Of a stretch of 64,000 nucleotides of DNA, positions 25,590-39,936 are shown one piece after another (the stretch's first letter is position 1; each line of letters begins with the position of its first letter). The stretch covers positions 1 to 64,000 of the forward strand of contig JBEWZL010000266.1 in NCBI GenBank assembly GCA_045837725.1, read 5' to 3'. Under the pieces are notes generated by a model. That model made no database searches. It saw only the letters and a list, made by a program, of their open reading frames with translations, and was not told where the DNA came from. The DNA is from Vermamoeba vermiformis. Its lineage: Eukaryota. Made by a program: the position numbers and the translations under genes.

Positions 25590-28500
25590 ATGAAGCATAA
25601 CTCTACGGCCACAATTGTGGCTTTGCTCGTTGTGTTGGCTGGATTGGCCAGTGCAACTAAGATGGGTGCTTGGACGATGAGCCGTGAGGCTGTCAGTCAG
25701 CATGAAACTATGCGTATTACTATTCATCTTAAACAACGTAATCTTGACGAATTAGACGTATGTAGAAGCGCGATCCATAACATTATCTCGTTTGTACGCT
25801 TCTAATATTTTTAATTGATTTATCTACAGCGAGTTTTCTATGCTGTAACAGGTATTAAAAGCTTTTTTTATTATTTAAGCATTAGGCAATTTTACTAACA
25901 AATTGGCAATCAGATCCCGACTCTCCAGACTACGGAAAATATCTTACCATGGACCAAGTTACTAATATTGGTAAGCAAGAATATTTTTAACACTTGTAGA
26001 CGCGTACATTCGCCGTTGGAATGTTCTCCATAACTTTCTCAAATCTGACATTTCTTGGTAGTCGCTCCTTCCAATGAAGCTATTGATGCCGTTACTTCTT
26101 GGTTGAAAACCAACGGGGCCGAGAGAATCGGTATGCTCCTCATTTTAACAACGACTGTACTCAATTAACTGTTTAGATGTGGTCAACAACAAGGACGTAA
26201 TTAAAGCCTACATGCCTAAGAAGCACGTCGAGAGAGCATTTAACGTTCAGGTTAAGCAATTTGAAGCACATGGTAAGTGATCAATATAAATTTATAGACT
26301 TTACGATACGCTTGCTTTAAGGTGTATTTCCTAACTTGGTTAATGACAGGCAAGACCATCTTCCGCTCGCTCGAGAAGCACGTGACGCCTGCTGAAATTT
26401 CGCAACATGTTGATCTTATCCAAGGCATTAGCGACTATCCTCTTTGTAAGCCAAGATCCGCGGATCCTTTCGTTTGAAAAGTTACAGCAATTCCTTATTT
26501 TTATTTCAAATAGTCCCCAGAAGCCGTGCTAACATCAAGTCGACCACTGGTAATGCTAACAGAGTCCAGCCTAAGAAACCTCAGCCAAAGTCTACTCCGA
26601 TCTTGAGCGTCAAGTCACGCGGTGGTGAGCCTGAAGTCCAAGTCACTTATTACGTTGTTTGCGCCAATGGAATCTACTCTAACACCACCATTGTACGTAC
26701 ATATTATATTACTGTATATGAACTAATCTTAACAGCCCTGCGCAAACACGAGTCCCTCAGTCATTGGAATTGCTATTAACGCCGTTTCAAACAACGATGT
26801 GTGGCCGAAGAGATACTTCAGGGGGGCTAATCTCACTACTGATTGCACCATTGAAATGGACTCTGGTAGAACTATCTGCACTTCCAGCGTTCCAGGTACG
26901 AATCCGGATTCCATCCAATTTTCAAATTGTTTTGTGTTTAATGCTTTTCTATTGTAATATTAACACGCTACTCTTATAATTGGTTAACACATTACCGTTT
27001 AGTGGACTATTATGTTCCAGTTATGGTCGAAGTCTCTTTACAGATGGAAGATTTTAAGTTCGGTCCTACGACCACGAACGATCACCCTGCTGTTGCTACT
27101 CCAGCCGTGGTACCTCAAACGATCAACTCCATCTATAATATTCCGCAGAACTGGCAGCCCATGCAGCCCAGCACGCTCTCGCAAGCCGTGGTCGAGTTCG
27201 AACAACAATACTACAGCCCTGAAGACTTGCAGTTGTTCTTCGATTCTATGGGCATTGTTAACACCGCTGAAGTCACCGTCGTTGGTCCTAACGACATCAC
27301 CAACCCTGGTGCGTTATTTATGATAGTATTTCCTTTTTAGGAAATGAGATTTAAATCTTCAAATTCTAGGTGTTGAAGCAAACCTCGACATTCAATATAT
27401 GATGGGCATTGCTCCTAGTGTTCCTACTACCTACTGGTCAATTGCTGCTAACTCCACGCTCGAAATCGGTAAGATCCATTCCGCATTTTACGTGAGTGCA
27501 TCCACCTGATTATAAAATTCTAGATGATATCTTGCAATGGGCCGTCGCCATGTCTAACACTGCCAATCCTCCCATCGTCAATTCACTCTCTTACGGCATG
27601 TCTGAACGTAACGTCGATACTTACTTGGGCAAGGGTATGAAAAAAACAGATCCAAAATAATCAAATCTAACTGCTGTATATTAGGCTATATCTTGAGATC
27701 TGACACCGAGTTCAAGAAGTTAGCCACACGTGGTATCACTATTATCATTGCTGACGGTGATGTTGGTGCTGGTGACTTGGGTGATCCACCAATGTCCGTG
27801 CCCTCGTGCATGAAGGCACTCAACCCTGATTGGCCCTCACAGAGTCCCGTAAGTATCACGCTCGTTTCGACAATGAAAGCTACACGTGTTCGAGTCACCT
27901 ATGTTGCTATCATGTTGTACTAACATCCTTGAAGTACGTGACCGCTGTGGGTTCCACTTACTTCTCACCCCTCGCCCAGCCCATCTGCTACATGCCAAAG
28001 AGACAAGGCGGTGTGGCGTGCTACAACAATCCTATCGGCGAGGTCGGTGTGTCGCTCGATGACGGCATCAATTGGACGACTGGCGGTGGTTTCAGCAATG
28101 TGCAGCCACGCCCTGGCTATCAAAAGCAGTTCGTTGAAGGCTATTTGCGCAACTTCGCGAGTTGGTTGCCCCCTGACAGCGCATTCAATCGCACTGGCCG
28201 CGCTTATCCTGACGTCGCAACGGTAGGTCACAATCTCATGGTCGCGTACCAGGGTCAATTCATTGGTGTTGGTGAGTATTGCCATATTTGGTAATGCTAG
28301 CGAATGGGTACTAACATTCTTTAGACGGTACCTCTGCTAGTGCTCCTATCTTTGGCGGCATTGTCTCACTCTTGAACGACGTCCGTGTTCGCAACGGCAA
28401 GCCCAGTATGTCTCGATAAACATTCAATTAATATCACCGGATCTAACTCTGTGGTTTGTAGTGTTGGGATTCTTGAACCCTCTTTTGTACAAAATTGCTG

Positions 28501-28734
28501 AAAAGAACGCCGCTGCTTTCAGAGGTACTTGAGGATCGATCTATTCGGAGACTTAATTTGATTACTAATCCTCCAACTATAGATATTGTCGTCGGTCAAA
28601 ACCGATGTGGTGCTTACGGTAGCACTCCTGACTGCTGCCCATTCGGTTACTACGCTGTTCCCGGATGGGATCCCATGACTGGTCTTGGCACTCCTAACTT
28701 CGGCTTGTTGGCTCAAGAGCTCTTGAATTACTAA
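25590..28734 (+). CDS. Sedolisin S53 peptidase (tripeptidyl-peptidase I/physarolisin-like), many introns
   Basis: Signal peptide; prodomain LKQRNL, PDSPDYGKYLT; EANLDIQY, ADGD, TGGGFS, RAYPDV, GTSASAP, GWDPMTGLGTPNF. Confidence 0.92.
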
Positions 28735-29269
28735 TCCGCCAATCTTTTGTGAATGGATTGATTGGATTTGTGGATCTAGAGCAATAAAATTGATAAAATG
28801 AACGATGATTCAACGGTTCCAAGACCGTTAGTGTCGGCAACACCTACAAGATCGTTTTCAAGAGCTTCATTTTACACTTTTATAGTACTATCGTAGGGAA
28901 TGGCAGTTGCTCCATCTATCAGGGGTTTGATTTTAATCCGAAAAGTATTTTTAGAAAGAGAAATTGCAATCGAAAGACTTTAGTCCGTCATCCATTTTTT
29001 AATTATAACGTGGCTTTAGTGTATTAGCATTGATAGAAACGACCTATTGGAGTACCAATCCAAAGGAAGGCGGATGCGACATGTTCGAAGTCAATGCCGA
29101 AAGTCTGGAAGGACGTCAACGCATCAAGCTCCGACAAATGTGATCTGCTGGTAATAATGTTTCTACGGTCGGGACCCTACCGTCCCAACAAAAGACATAA
29201 ATCAGAATTGCTTCTCATTTCAATTCATTTCATTTCATTCTGCCGACACGTCAACAACAAGATCAAGAA

Positions 29270-30503
29270 ATGACCGTCGTCAAAATAGGTCTGATGCTAA
29301 TATTATGCTTGGCGATCTTGCCTCCTGCATTAGGTAAGGCATCAAGACTGCGGATAACCTCCGAAATTTTAAGATCGTCCAGTCTGTAATTATTAAAAAT
29401 CTTGAGGCTGTATATTTCGAATTTACGAAGCAATATTAATTAAATATAATCATAGGGTCATTCGAGAGAATATTCCTCCTTATTTTTGAAAATACGGATC
29501 GAGCAGTTGCACTGGCTGAACCGAACTTTGCTGCTCTGCTTCCGAGAGGCATGTTGTTGGACAACTTCTACGCAACATCGCATCCTTCACAAACGAATTA
29601 CATCGCTCTTGTCGCCGGATCCACTTTAGGTAAACATTGCAACAATTTTTAGATTTTTTCGATTTTACTGATCGGATTTAGGTGTCACGACAAACAATCC
29701 CTATAATTTAACCGAATCATTTTTGGGCGATCTTCTCACAGCTAAGGGAAAGACATGGAAGTCTTACCAAGAGAACTACCCAGGCGGCTGCTTCTTGGAA
29801 CCCAAGAGTGCAGATTTGCTTTACGTCCGAAAACACAATCCGTTCGTTTCCTTTACCTCGGTGACGTAAGTAATAGCCTGCCATTGCTGGTGAGATATCG
29901 TTACTAACAAGCACCAGAGAGGATGCTGCAGGTCTTTGCTTGAACAACGTACCAGCCACGCAACTCGAATCCGACATCGTTAACGGACAACTTCCCAATT
30001 TTAGCTTTTTCACGCCGAATATGAACAATTCCGGACACGACACGTCTATTTCTTGGGCTGGCGAGTGGTTGACTGCATTCTTGCCGCCGTTGCTCGACAA
30101 CGACAAATTCATGAACGGCACGCTGGTGATTGTTACCTTCGACGAGGGCTACACCAATTCATTGCCTGAAAACAATAAGGTCTACACACTGCTCATCGGA
30201 GAGGGTGTTCCTGCTGGCGTCAAGACGAGCCTGCGCTACGACCACTACTCGCTGCTGCGGACCATCGAAGACAACTGGGAGCTCGGTCATCTCGGTCGCA
30301 ACGACTCTATTGCCACGCCTGTCAACTTCACCTTGTTCGACGAGCCAGTGACTGCACCGTCAACTAGCCCAACCGCCAGCCCAGTGGCTAGCAGTCCCTC
30401 AGCTACGAATAATCCTACATCTAAAGTTTCGGCAGCAATGGATCTGTTGGCTGTGGGTGTATTCTCGATCATTAGTTGTACCCTTGTAACGTTGCTTGGT
30501 TAA
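29270..30503 (+). CDS. Secreted, probably GPI-anchored acid phosphatase (phosphoesterase family)
   Basis: IFEN, HPSQTNY, YVRKHNPF, NSGHD, VTFDE, YDHYSLLRTIEDNW; Ser/Thr/Pro linker and hydrophobic tail. Confidence 0.9.
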
Positions 30504-30786
30504 ATCATAGATCGCACTTACAGCGGATATTTTTCGGTTTTTTGTTCGTTTACGGCTCGCCCAGGAACTTGATATTCATCCGGAGCCACTTAATTGGAGA
30601 AAATCAGCACGTGTATGTGTCGCTCATTGCGTTTTTTTCTTTCGATTTTCGAAGTTTGTCCTTGCGTTTTTTCTCGGGAGCTTTTTCGTTGAATTAATTT
30701 CCATTTTAGGAAAGTCGCTGGTACTTAAAAGCGTGCACAGCCGAATCTTTTATTCCACGGTACAAATAACAACAAAGCCACACAAC

Positions 30787-31480
30787 ATGAGCACTCCTAC
30801 ACCTACTGGCAATCTTTTTGGTCCCTCGCCGTTGACCCGCCCGATCTTCGCGTTTGGCATTCTTTTATTGGTAAGCAGATCCACCAGCACCGAGATCGGT
30901 CATACTAATATCAATACACTAGGCCTGCGCCGTCGTTCAAGGAATTCATGCTGGTGTTACAATGACATCCTACGGATTTTCCCCCAAAGAGGCCTTTGCC
31001 AGATATTTTGCGCTGAACTGGATCGTGTGTGGCCTTTACCTGATTGTCGGCGTTTTTGGTAAGCTGACCGAAAATCTCATGTACGAGGCTAATATGTACT
31101 TTAAAGCATGCGTGTTGGCCGCCAAAAACAAAAATACAAGACGCAATCTGATCTGCTCTATTATCGTAAGTCTAACAATATTACCTTAACAAGGCATATA
31201 CTAAATACTGAATATATAGTTATGCATTTTATCGGCCTGTACGGTGGTGCCCGCTGCCATCTTGATCAACGACCTTTTCGTTGTTTTATTAATCACAACC
31301 AACACAATCGTCTACATGAGTTTCGCGGTCGATATTCTCGCGTGTGCTTGTCTCGTAAGTAACAGATTACATCAGCATCTCAGATTGGCATTCTAATCTG
31401 ATCCGATCTTTATTTTTTAGGCCGTTCTATGCGCTCTTTGCGCCGCACATGCTGCTAAGAACAGTCCAAAATCCATTTGA
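30787..31480 (+). CDS. Small membrane protein with about four TM helices
   Basis: Five short exons give about four hydrophobic helices; ends NSPKSI*. Confidence 0.65.
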
Positions 31481-31841
31481 AAGCTCTAAAGCTACCTTTG
31501 TAAATAGAAACAAGTAAATACAACTTGTAAATACTTAAATAATTTCCATTTGGGATTTTAAGAAAAGTAGCTTGAAAATTTACTGTACGAACTTCCGGGA
31601 TCCTGCGACAAAAAATGAATTGGCGAATACGCCAAATTATAGTACTCTCAGCATCGCTAAACTGTTAGTCTCACCTTTGGTGTCGGCAAAAATGAATTCG
31701 GGGATCAGCTAAAAATAACTGTTAGCGGATTTACGGAAATTCGGAATCATCCTAATACTTACACCGATTATAGGCGATTCACAAATCTCCAAATCGTACA
31801 ATTAATATTAAGCCGTTTCTATGGGTAAAGCGGCGGAGTTT

Positions 31842-33871
31842 TTATTCGAGCACGTAAACGATCAGCAAAAACGACGTTACAGATCCGATAAAAGAACCGA
31901 GCTAGTATGTATAAGGTTAGTATTCATGTATCTTATTTTAATTTAGGTCTTACTTGGTTGCTAAATCCGACGTAACGCGATGCAGTTTCAATTAAATGCT
32001 GATCCGTCTCGACCACCACTTTCTGATAGTTAATCGTGTCTTCGTAGCCGTAGATCATCGTATATATTATATTTACTAGTATTTATGAGCCAATTAGTAC
32101 AGTATTTCAAAGACTAAGCTCGTGTAACGGATGAAACTACGTACCAACAATTGTGATCCACGCCCAGTACTCACTAAGCGATGATTTGTCGATAAAGATC
32201 ATCGGAAGTAAATAACATGCTAATAGGGCCTAGTATAATAATTATTAATTAATTATTAATAAAAGTGGTTTAAACGCGATCTTCAAAAAACAGCTCTTAA
32301 TTTTCGGAATTGAGTTGGCTGAATTATAATCGACTTTGATACTTACTTGAGCAATACTCATAGGAATAATATTATAATTGCGCCAAAATATGGTCACAAA
32401 TCGACTGACCGCGTTGAATCCGATGCCACCAAAACTGAGCCAAAATAGGAACTTGGAAGAGTTCTCTGAGTGAATGCCCTTGATGGTATAAGGCAATAGA
32501 CTAATAAGACTGTAGTTTACAATTGAAATCAAGCACTGATCTGCGATGAAAACAAGTCAGTACACGAAATTTCCAAATTAGGAAAAGACATCGAACGGAT
32601 CCGCTCTAAATTACTGAAATACGGTTGGTTACAGTCGAAACTTACTGATTATAGGGTTAAATGCTTGTTGAAAAGCGCTCTTTTGTTTTTCTTTTTGGAT
32701 CTGCTGATCAAAGTCGTGCAAACTCGACGTAGCAGGCTCTTCAATGTGTAACTAAATACAAATACTATTATATATAAGCTTTTGATAATATATTAGTCGA
32801 CAACCAACCTTTTGTTTGCGAAGTTGAAAAGATCTTGGTAGTGGATGCAACAAAATGAACAAAAAGCTTATTAAGCTGAGTAAGAATACGCCGCCGAGAA
32901 TATAAAAATAAATTTTCAAGCTGAACAGTGGCTGAGGCTTGTCTGGCTGTTGAACCAAGGCTAACAAGCTCGTTATCAGCCCGTTCAATCCTCATCAACA
33001 AAAATCAGTTAGATTGATGTAAAACAGCTTATATAGCTTAGATGATGATATGATATTAGATAGCTACCATTTCCAGCCGAAATTGCGCTGATTAAGGTGG
33101 GTCCGTAAAGAGATGCGAAAGGATACATTGTAACGACTGAAAACACGCCTACTGCGCCTGCTACGACGCTCAAACCCATCAAAACGACACTACATATCGC
33201 TATATTAGTATTTTTAAGCACTGTTTTATTATTAAATCGTACCTGTGTCGAGTTCCAAAGGCATGTCCAGTCACATCCCAAAACAATCCGATCAAAATTG
33301 AAGTAACGGCGCCGATAATCAGTAATAACAGTATTGCTATTGAGTGTCTATAATATGAACGTATAATTAACGCGATGTCGGCAAAGTGTTCATGAACTGA
33401 GGTGATCTTACTTGATCGGACGATAGTTTTGCAGCACGACGTACAAAAAGCTGATGATATTAGGAACTTGGATGCTAATCACTAAATATCCCGCTATTGA
33501 GTACGATTCAGGTGTATTTGCTATTAGAAGCGGAAGCTAAAATAAATTTTTGTGAGATCGACTAAAAACAGCATCAATTTTAAATTTAATAATATTTTTA
33601 ATAATATTTCGACATTATTTACCTCTGAAAACAATCCGTTGACGAGTAACCATGGCCCCAGACCCGTTACAAAAAATAAAATAAATACTAAAACGTTTGT
33701 CTTCTTTTCAAGGAACTGCCTATCAATATCTGGTATTAGAATAATATACACAGTATTTAGAAAATATGATCACATTATTTAAATTGAATTTGGCGTGTAA
33801 AAACGACAGATGTGTTAAAGTACTTGCCCGTCATTCTGTAACAGATTTTCACGCTCCTCGTTGACGCTCAT
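31842..33871 (-). CDS. Riboflavin transporter SLC52-like
   Basis: GLGPWLLVNGLFSE..PESYSIAGYLVISIQVPNI, LLALVQ, C-terminal LGSFIGSV resemble SLC52A motifs. Confidence 0.75.
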
Positions 33872-34204
33872 ACTTGTATATTATTAGGAGCACTTAGTGT
33901 TACTATTAACAATACATTCTGTTAATTTAATGTGTTGTCTGGTTTGTTTCTGTAAATAATTGGTCTCGTGACTTCATCTGAGGATTAATGCGGACTTTTA
34001 GGGACGGCTTGTGTTGTCTACAATTCATTAACTGCAATTGATAAGGATACGTATGATCTTAATTGTGATCACGAATGTCGTCATCTTTTTTGACATCCTC
34101 GATTTTTCTCAGCCATTTTCAACTTTAACAATCTGCTGTTGACCACAGTTCTCTTGTAATATCTGATTGCACGTATTATTAACTTGCAGCATATTCATTG
34201 AATT

Positions 34205-35540
34205 ATGATCAAGCAAGCTTTGTTCATTCTTGCGATCGTTGTTAGCGTGTCATACGCTCAATACGTATCTCAAGCCCAATTTCAGTGCATGTTCCCTAAT
34301 GTGCAAGCAGCTAAAATTCAAACTTGGTTGCCGCATTTGAACTCAGGTATATTTGTTATTTAAATAACTTTGGATTTCGCAACAATTTTTTTCTCGTGCT
34401 GTAAATTTTAGCAATTATTAACCTAAATAATTTTTGCTAATAGTATTGGGAAAGTACGATATTACCTCGACGAACAGAATTACGTAAGTAGTCCGAACTT
34501 TGCAAATCCAAATTTACGCTCTGGCTTACCTTTGTCTTTTTAATGCAGTATGTTTATGGCCCAAACAGGACGTAAGTTATTTGGTTAATATAATGATACC
34601 CAAGACAATGCTAAATGACGTGACACGTGCAGATGAGACGGATCACTACCGCACATTTGTTGGTAAGCTAGATTCTCCTTTATAATACCTCCTCACCGTA
34701 TTTATAGAGTATACGAATGCTGATGGTACCAATGCTTGGTGCCATAAGGTCAGTATAATCATAATTCGCCCTATCCGCATTTTGTCGACAAGTCAAATCC
34801 GGCTCTGATCATTTAGCTTCATATTAGACTCGCTATACTCACAGTCTATTAATAGTATGACGGAGGCTGCCGCTTCAAAGGTCGCGGTGCTATCCAATTG
34901 ACTCACCGCAGAAACTACGCGAGTGCTGGCAATGCCTTGGGTTACGATTACGTGAACAATCCTGACGTGAGTACCACTGCATTAATATTATGCGCTTATT
35001 ACAATAGGACACGCCTACTATAATTTGGTATATTTGCGAGTCAAAATTGAAGCTGATACGCGTCGATTTTAGATGGTTGCTGAGCTCCCTCACGCGTTCT
35101 TGACAGCAGGCTGGTTCTGGGCCCAGAACGGTCTCAACAACCCCTCTGATTTGAGAGACTTGGACCGTGCTACTCGCATCATTAACGGTGGAACTAACGG
35201 TCTTGAAGCTCGTCGTACTTTGTACAATCGCGCCAGAATGTGCTTCTCTGACAGTAAGATCCGCTCAGTTGATACCCGTTGAAATTCACCTCTATTTCGT
35301 TTTTATGTTTAACCATATAAGTAGTATTAATATTAGCGATATTAACGATGCGTAATAGAGCCTAACGAGTCCAGCGGTTGCGTCAAGATCCAACACAGAA
35401 TTGTCGCTGGCGAGACGTTGTACGGCATTGCATCGCGCTACGGCAAGAAAATAGAACAAATTTTGGCCATTAATCCTCAAATCACCAACCCTAGCTTCAT
35501 TCGCGTCGGTGACATCGTCAACATCCCTTGCGACAACTAA
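34205..35540 (+). CDS. Secreted GH19 (endolysin/chitinase-type) glycosidase with C-terminal LysM; 7 introns
   Basis: FMAQTGHET, FKGRGAIQLT, AGWFW, ATRIINGGTNGLEAR; LysM GETLYGIASRY..AINPQITNP..IRVGD..NIP. Confidence 0.9.
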
Positions 35541-35718
35541 ACTTACTGGATCCACGTCAAAATAGCTGTTTTTCGTAGTTTAGACTTCATATAGCATTGA
35601 TAGAAGTTATTTTGTACAATAAAAGCCAAGATTTTCAGCTAGTCCCGAAGAATTTTTGCTGATCCAAAAAAAAAATTGGGCTTGCCAGTTATTCTTTTAT
35701 ATTTTTTAATACAACAAC

Positions 35719-36931
35719 ATGAGCCAAGAATTTCAAAGTGCATGGCCCTTGCCGCCATCATATTTGAAGAAGTTCTCGGCTGAAGAGATCGCCCAATTAG
35801 AACCACCGCCAATACCTGATGAAAAAAATTTGCAAGTATTTGGAATCCCTATTTTTGAGGTATGGGTTTATAAGCGGATGATAATTGACACGAAAAAATA
35901 CACATTAATCTAATATTTATTTGTAAAAATATTTATTATGGCTTTGTAGCCACTGTCATAGTATTAAAAAATTAGTATATTTATGCAGGAATTATTTATT
36001 AATTATGTATGGCATTTAGACCTACAGAGATCAATTTGAAGTTCTTGAAAAAGAAATCCAAACTCTCTACCCGAAAGATACAAACAGTAAGTTCTAATAA
36101 ATTAAGAAATATTATATCAATATGCTAATGTATTTTACAGACCATAAAACAGAGCTAAAGAAGCTAAACATGTCATTATTATTTAATTTTATGGAGCTGA
36201 TCGAAGTGCTCGTTCGTGCGCCATCAAAATACAAGAAAAAAGTCGAAAATATCGAACAAATTATGATTAATATGCATCACTTATTGAACACTTATCGTCC
36301 TCATCAAGCGCGACAAATGTTGATTGCTCTAATGCAAGATCAAATTGAACGACGACAGCGTACCGTGGATCTGCTTGACTCGTATGTATTTTTCATTAAT
36401 TATAAGCATTTCCTTATTAGGAAATCATTTAATAATCCTTCGTGGAACTTTGACCGGATCTCAATATTTTTTTTGTGTTCGGACGTAGCGCTAATTGTAT
36501 TTTATTTCCTAATTAGGAAATTAACTGAGGCCGACAAAATGTTAGACGAATGCACGAAGAAAATTGAACAAATGCACCAAGCTGTAAATAACAACACTGT
36601 AGATCTGCGATTGAGCAACGAGATAGCCAGTGCTAATAATAACAATACTAATAAGAATACCAAAATTATGAATATTCGCAGTAGTGTGCATATTCACACG
36701 AATAAGAAAGAAGTTGGCCATGCGGAGAACAAACACGTCAAAAATATGAATGGCGACGACATGCAGATTGACGGAGATATGAACGGCCATATTAATAGTA
36801 CTAATAATAGTAATAGTAATAGTAATATTTCTGACGAAGACAAATTAAAACAAGAAAAATTGAAGAGAGACGAAGAGGCGAAGAATTATTACAAGAATTT
36901 GAAATTGCTGCGACAATCGATCAAGAAATAA
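35719..36931 (+). CDS. MED7: Mediator of RNA polymerase II transcription subunit 7
   Basis: PLPP..LEPPP..VFG; ELKKLNMSLLFNF..INMHHLLNTYRPHQARQ; Asn-rich tail. Confidence 0.92.
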
Positions 36932-37091
36932 ACAAACGATTGGTCTTTGCATAATCGTACTCACCTCTCGACTAAGTCGGTTTGTATTTAGGTTCTTTGG
37001 CTCCATAGAAATTTCTATCATTCAGATCCGCGTAAATTTTTTTTTGCCAGGAGTTAACGTCCTTTAAATTCATTTATTTAACAAGAGCACA

Positions 37092-37714
37092 ATGGAGACC
37101 GGTGATTTTTGGGGTTATATGTCGCCTCATTTGGCGGCAGCAGGTCTTGCCGTGTTTTGCTCGATCGAGTCGTATTGCGTGTGGAAATCCAACCAAGATC
37201 CATACTTAGGCCCAATGGACCATCAAAGACCTTTCGGTAAGCCATTAATTACGGATATATGCACCACGTTTTCATCAGTCGTTTAAACTAAATTTTAAAT
37301 TTTGAATCTGGTCTTTGTCTTCAGTAAAATTCTAAATAATTCTAAAATTCAAATTACTATTCATATTGCTATTTTACGCAATGGCGAGATGTTACAGAAA
37401 TGAAATTAAAAATCGTGTTTGTGTTCAATTTAGGTAATTTTTCTGACCGTTAATTTCTAGTCACATTTTGGGCCGTAGTCTTTGGCCTACCTGTATATAC
37501 ACTCGTCAATATTATCACCAGCGTTGCAGGCACTGTACAGTACGGACTGCCCTACTTCAAAACCTTGCCAGGCATTGCCGGACTCACCACCGCTGGCTTA
37601 AGCGTGGCATTTCTATTCAATCAGGAAATTATCCGATTTTTTCGAAGAATTTTTGGCAAGAAACATCCCGTGGACGTTGTGGAGCCAGATCCCGCTTCTG
37701 CAACACAACAGTAA
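37092..37714 (+). CDS. Small membrane protein, two exons
   Basis: Exon 1 METGDF..RPF spliced to VTFWAVVFGLP..ATQQ*. Confidence 0.6.
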
Positions 37715-37988
37715 CGCATGTAACTCTGTACAGTACAAGATAATATATCAGTCGATTGCAATAGAAAATAAATAGGGTCTATAGTAGTCGTTCATCAGCA
37801 GTTAAATGACAATTTGGATCTTGGAGGGGTGTTTTGGGCGATTGCAAGGATTGACGTCAATAGTAATAAATGAAACTATCGAGATGTCTTTTATAGTAAG
37901 TCTAATCGACATTACTGAAAAGCAAATTTCCCTCAAACTGACCGCGCACGAATCAAGCGTTCAATCGATTGACGCTATACTGCAATGG

Positions 37989-39513
37989 TCAATAAAGCAC
38001 TAACAAGCCACAAAGAGCCCACAATAGCCAAGAAGAAGATACTACAGCACGAGTATTGCTAGTGACATTCGAGTCTGGTCCGTTGTTGCTGTTGCTCGGT
38101 GTGCCAGGCACTGTTGCACTCGATGGACCACTGCTGGGACTGCTGTTGTTGCCACCACTGCTCGGCGATGACACCGCAGGACACGAGAATGACACGTTGA
38201 CACTTGTGCCGAATGCACCAAAGCGATTGAGCTCGAACTGCACCTCAACTTGAGAGTCCTCAATGCCAAAGCTCTTGACGTTCGTGATAACTTGGCCGCA
38301 CTGATCCGTGTAATTGCAGACCAGCGAGGCATCGAACACTTTGAACCTGCACGTGTCGAGTGCTGTCCTGTCGCACGTGTAGTCAATCACTGGGCGCACA
38401 GAGCACAACGGCGCAGTGGACACGCCATTCGCATGGCCGAGGAATATGTCGTGAGAATTGTATGCCACGCCGCCACTGTAAGTCCCTGCACTGCTGTCGC
38501 CAACGAAATCTCCGTTGAGGTACCACTGGCCCTTGTTTCGTTGCAGCAAAATCGCCTGACTGAACGCAGCGACAATGAAGGTGTTGGCATCGACGGACAC
38601 GACGCGAGTGCCGAGCCAAGTCAGGCCCAAGTCCTTGCCAGTCGTCGTGCTTGTCAGTGACCACGTGCCATTGACGCGCGTGTACAAGTACATGACACCC
38701 ACTTCGTTGTTGTCGCCGTAGAATGTTGCAATGACCGTGTCGTCTCCGTTCCACACCGCAGCTGTCAATTTCGTGGCGCCGATCGTGATTTTGTCGCTCA
38801 ACGACCACGAGTTGTTGGCCTGACGCTCGTAAAAGTGAATTTCAGCGTAGTTCTTGGTGACGGTGATCACGTGCGTGTCAGTGATTTGGAAGAACGGGCC
38901 CGCAGCTAAGACAGTAGGCATGGCCATGGACACGGTGAAGTTGAACGTGCTAATAAGCGTCCAATTCGATGCTACGTATTGATAAGTGTACAACGTGTCG
39001 GTCGAGATCCCGATGAACGAGCCGTCAGGAAGGAAATCTCCGTAGTTAAATTTGATGACGGAGTTATCTAGCACGGTGAAGTTGCTGATAGTTCCATCTT
39101 CATTAGGAATATAAAGTTCGCAGCGAACTGTCTGGCTGGTCTGCAGCGGGATCGAGCTCCATGAAACCCATTGGCCATCCGTTGCCGTGTAACTGAGAAA
39201 GCTCGTTGTGTTCGTAACGGGATGAGTAACTATATGTTCATATTGGCCAGTAGTATTGCGCTTATAGACGAGAGTTTGGGCCGAATCTCGCTCGTGAAGT
39301 GCGATCAGACTGTCTTTCGCGGCCAAAATAACAGGATTGGTACGCGGCTCTGCAGGGAAGATAAAACTCGCTGTAAGAGTCTATATGAAATAAGATTAAC
39401 ATTGTGGAAGGATAGAAGGTGAAGTAACGCACACTCCTCGTTGGCGCGATCTGCACAGCACCAAAACAAACAGAAAATAGTAAAAATACGGTAAAAATAA
39501 ATAATCGAATCAT
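37989..39513 (-). CDS. Secreted or GPI-anchored beta-rich (propeller-like) surface protein
   Basis: Signal peptide; repeated Y.R...W.L units; Cys-containing domain, Ser/Pro stalk, hydrophobic C-terminus. Confidence 0.7.
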
Positions 39514-39936
39514 CAATCAGACTTGTGGATATGAAATAATAAAAATTTTTTTTTTTTTGCGAAGGATTATTGCGCATTTAAGCAAAAGATTTTGGCAAAA
39601 ATAGTCAATTAATCAATCATTAGTGTGTACCTGATTTTATTGTGTTTCAAACGCGGGATCTTGTCGGCAACTTCTGCGCTCAAGCTTGTAGGTCATTCTA
39701 TGACGTAGTACTTTAAATCATAGTAGAGAATATACGGTCATTATTGTGGTGTTGACTTGTGCAAAAATAAAACAATAAGAAATTGAAATGTAAAGATTTG
39801 TGCATCCGCTCATTTTGCGCAGGAATATTGCGCATCTACCGACCTGGAAATAATTAATGCGTCACTAGATTTTGTTGTTTCATTTCTAAACAATTAGCTA
39901 CGAGTGTTATCCATGACAATGCTAATAAAATAGCGA

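Noticed and set aside
29037..29200. Coding-looking GC-richer patch between the S53 peptidase and phosphatase genes
   Set aside because: No start codon, coherent gene model or recognisable motif could be assigned
36382..36516. Hydrophobic insert in the MED7 ORF
   Set aside because: A stop-free 135-nt GT-AG intron read through by the ORF finder
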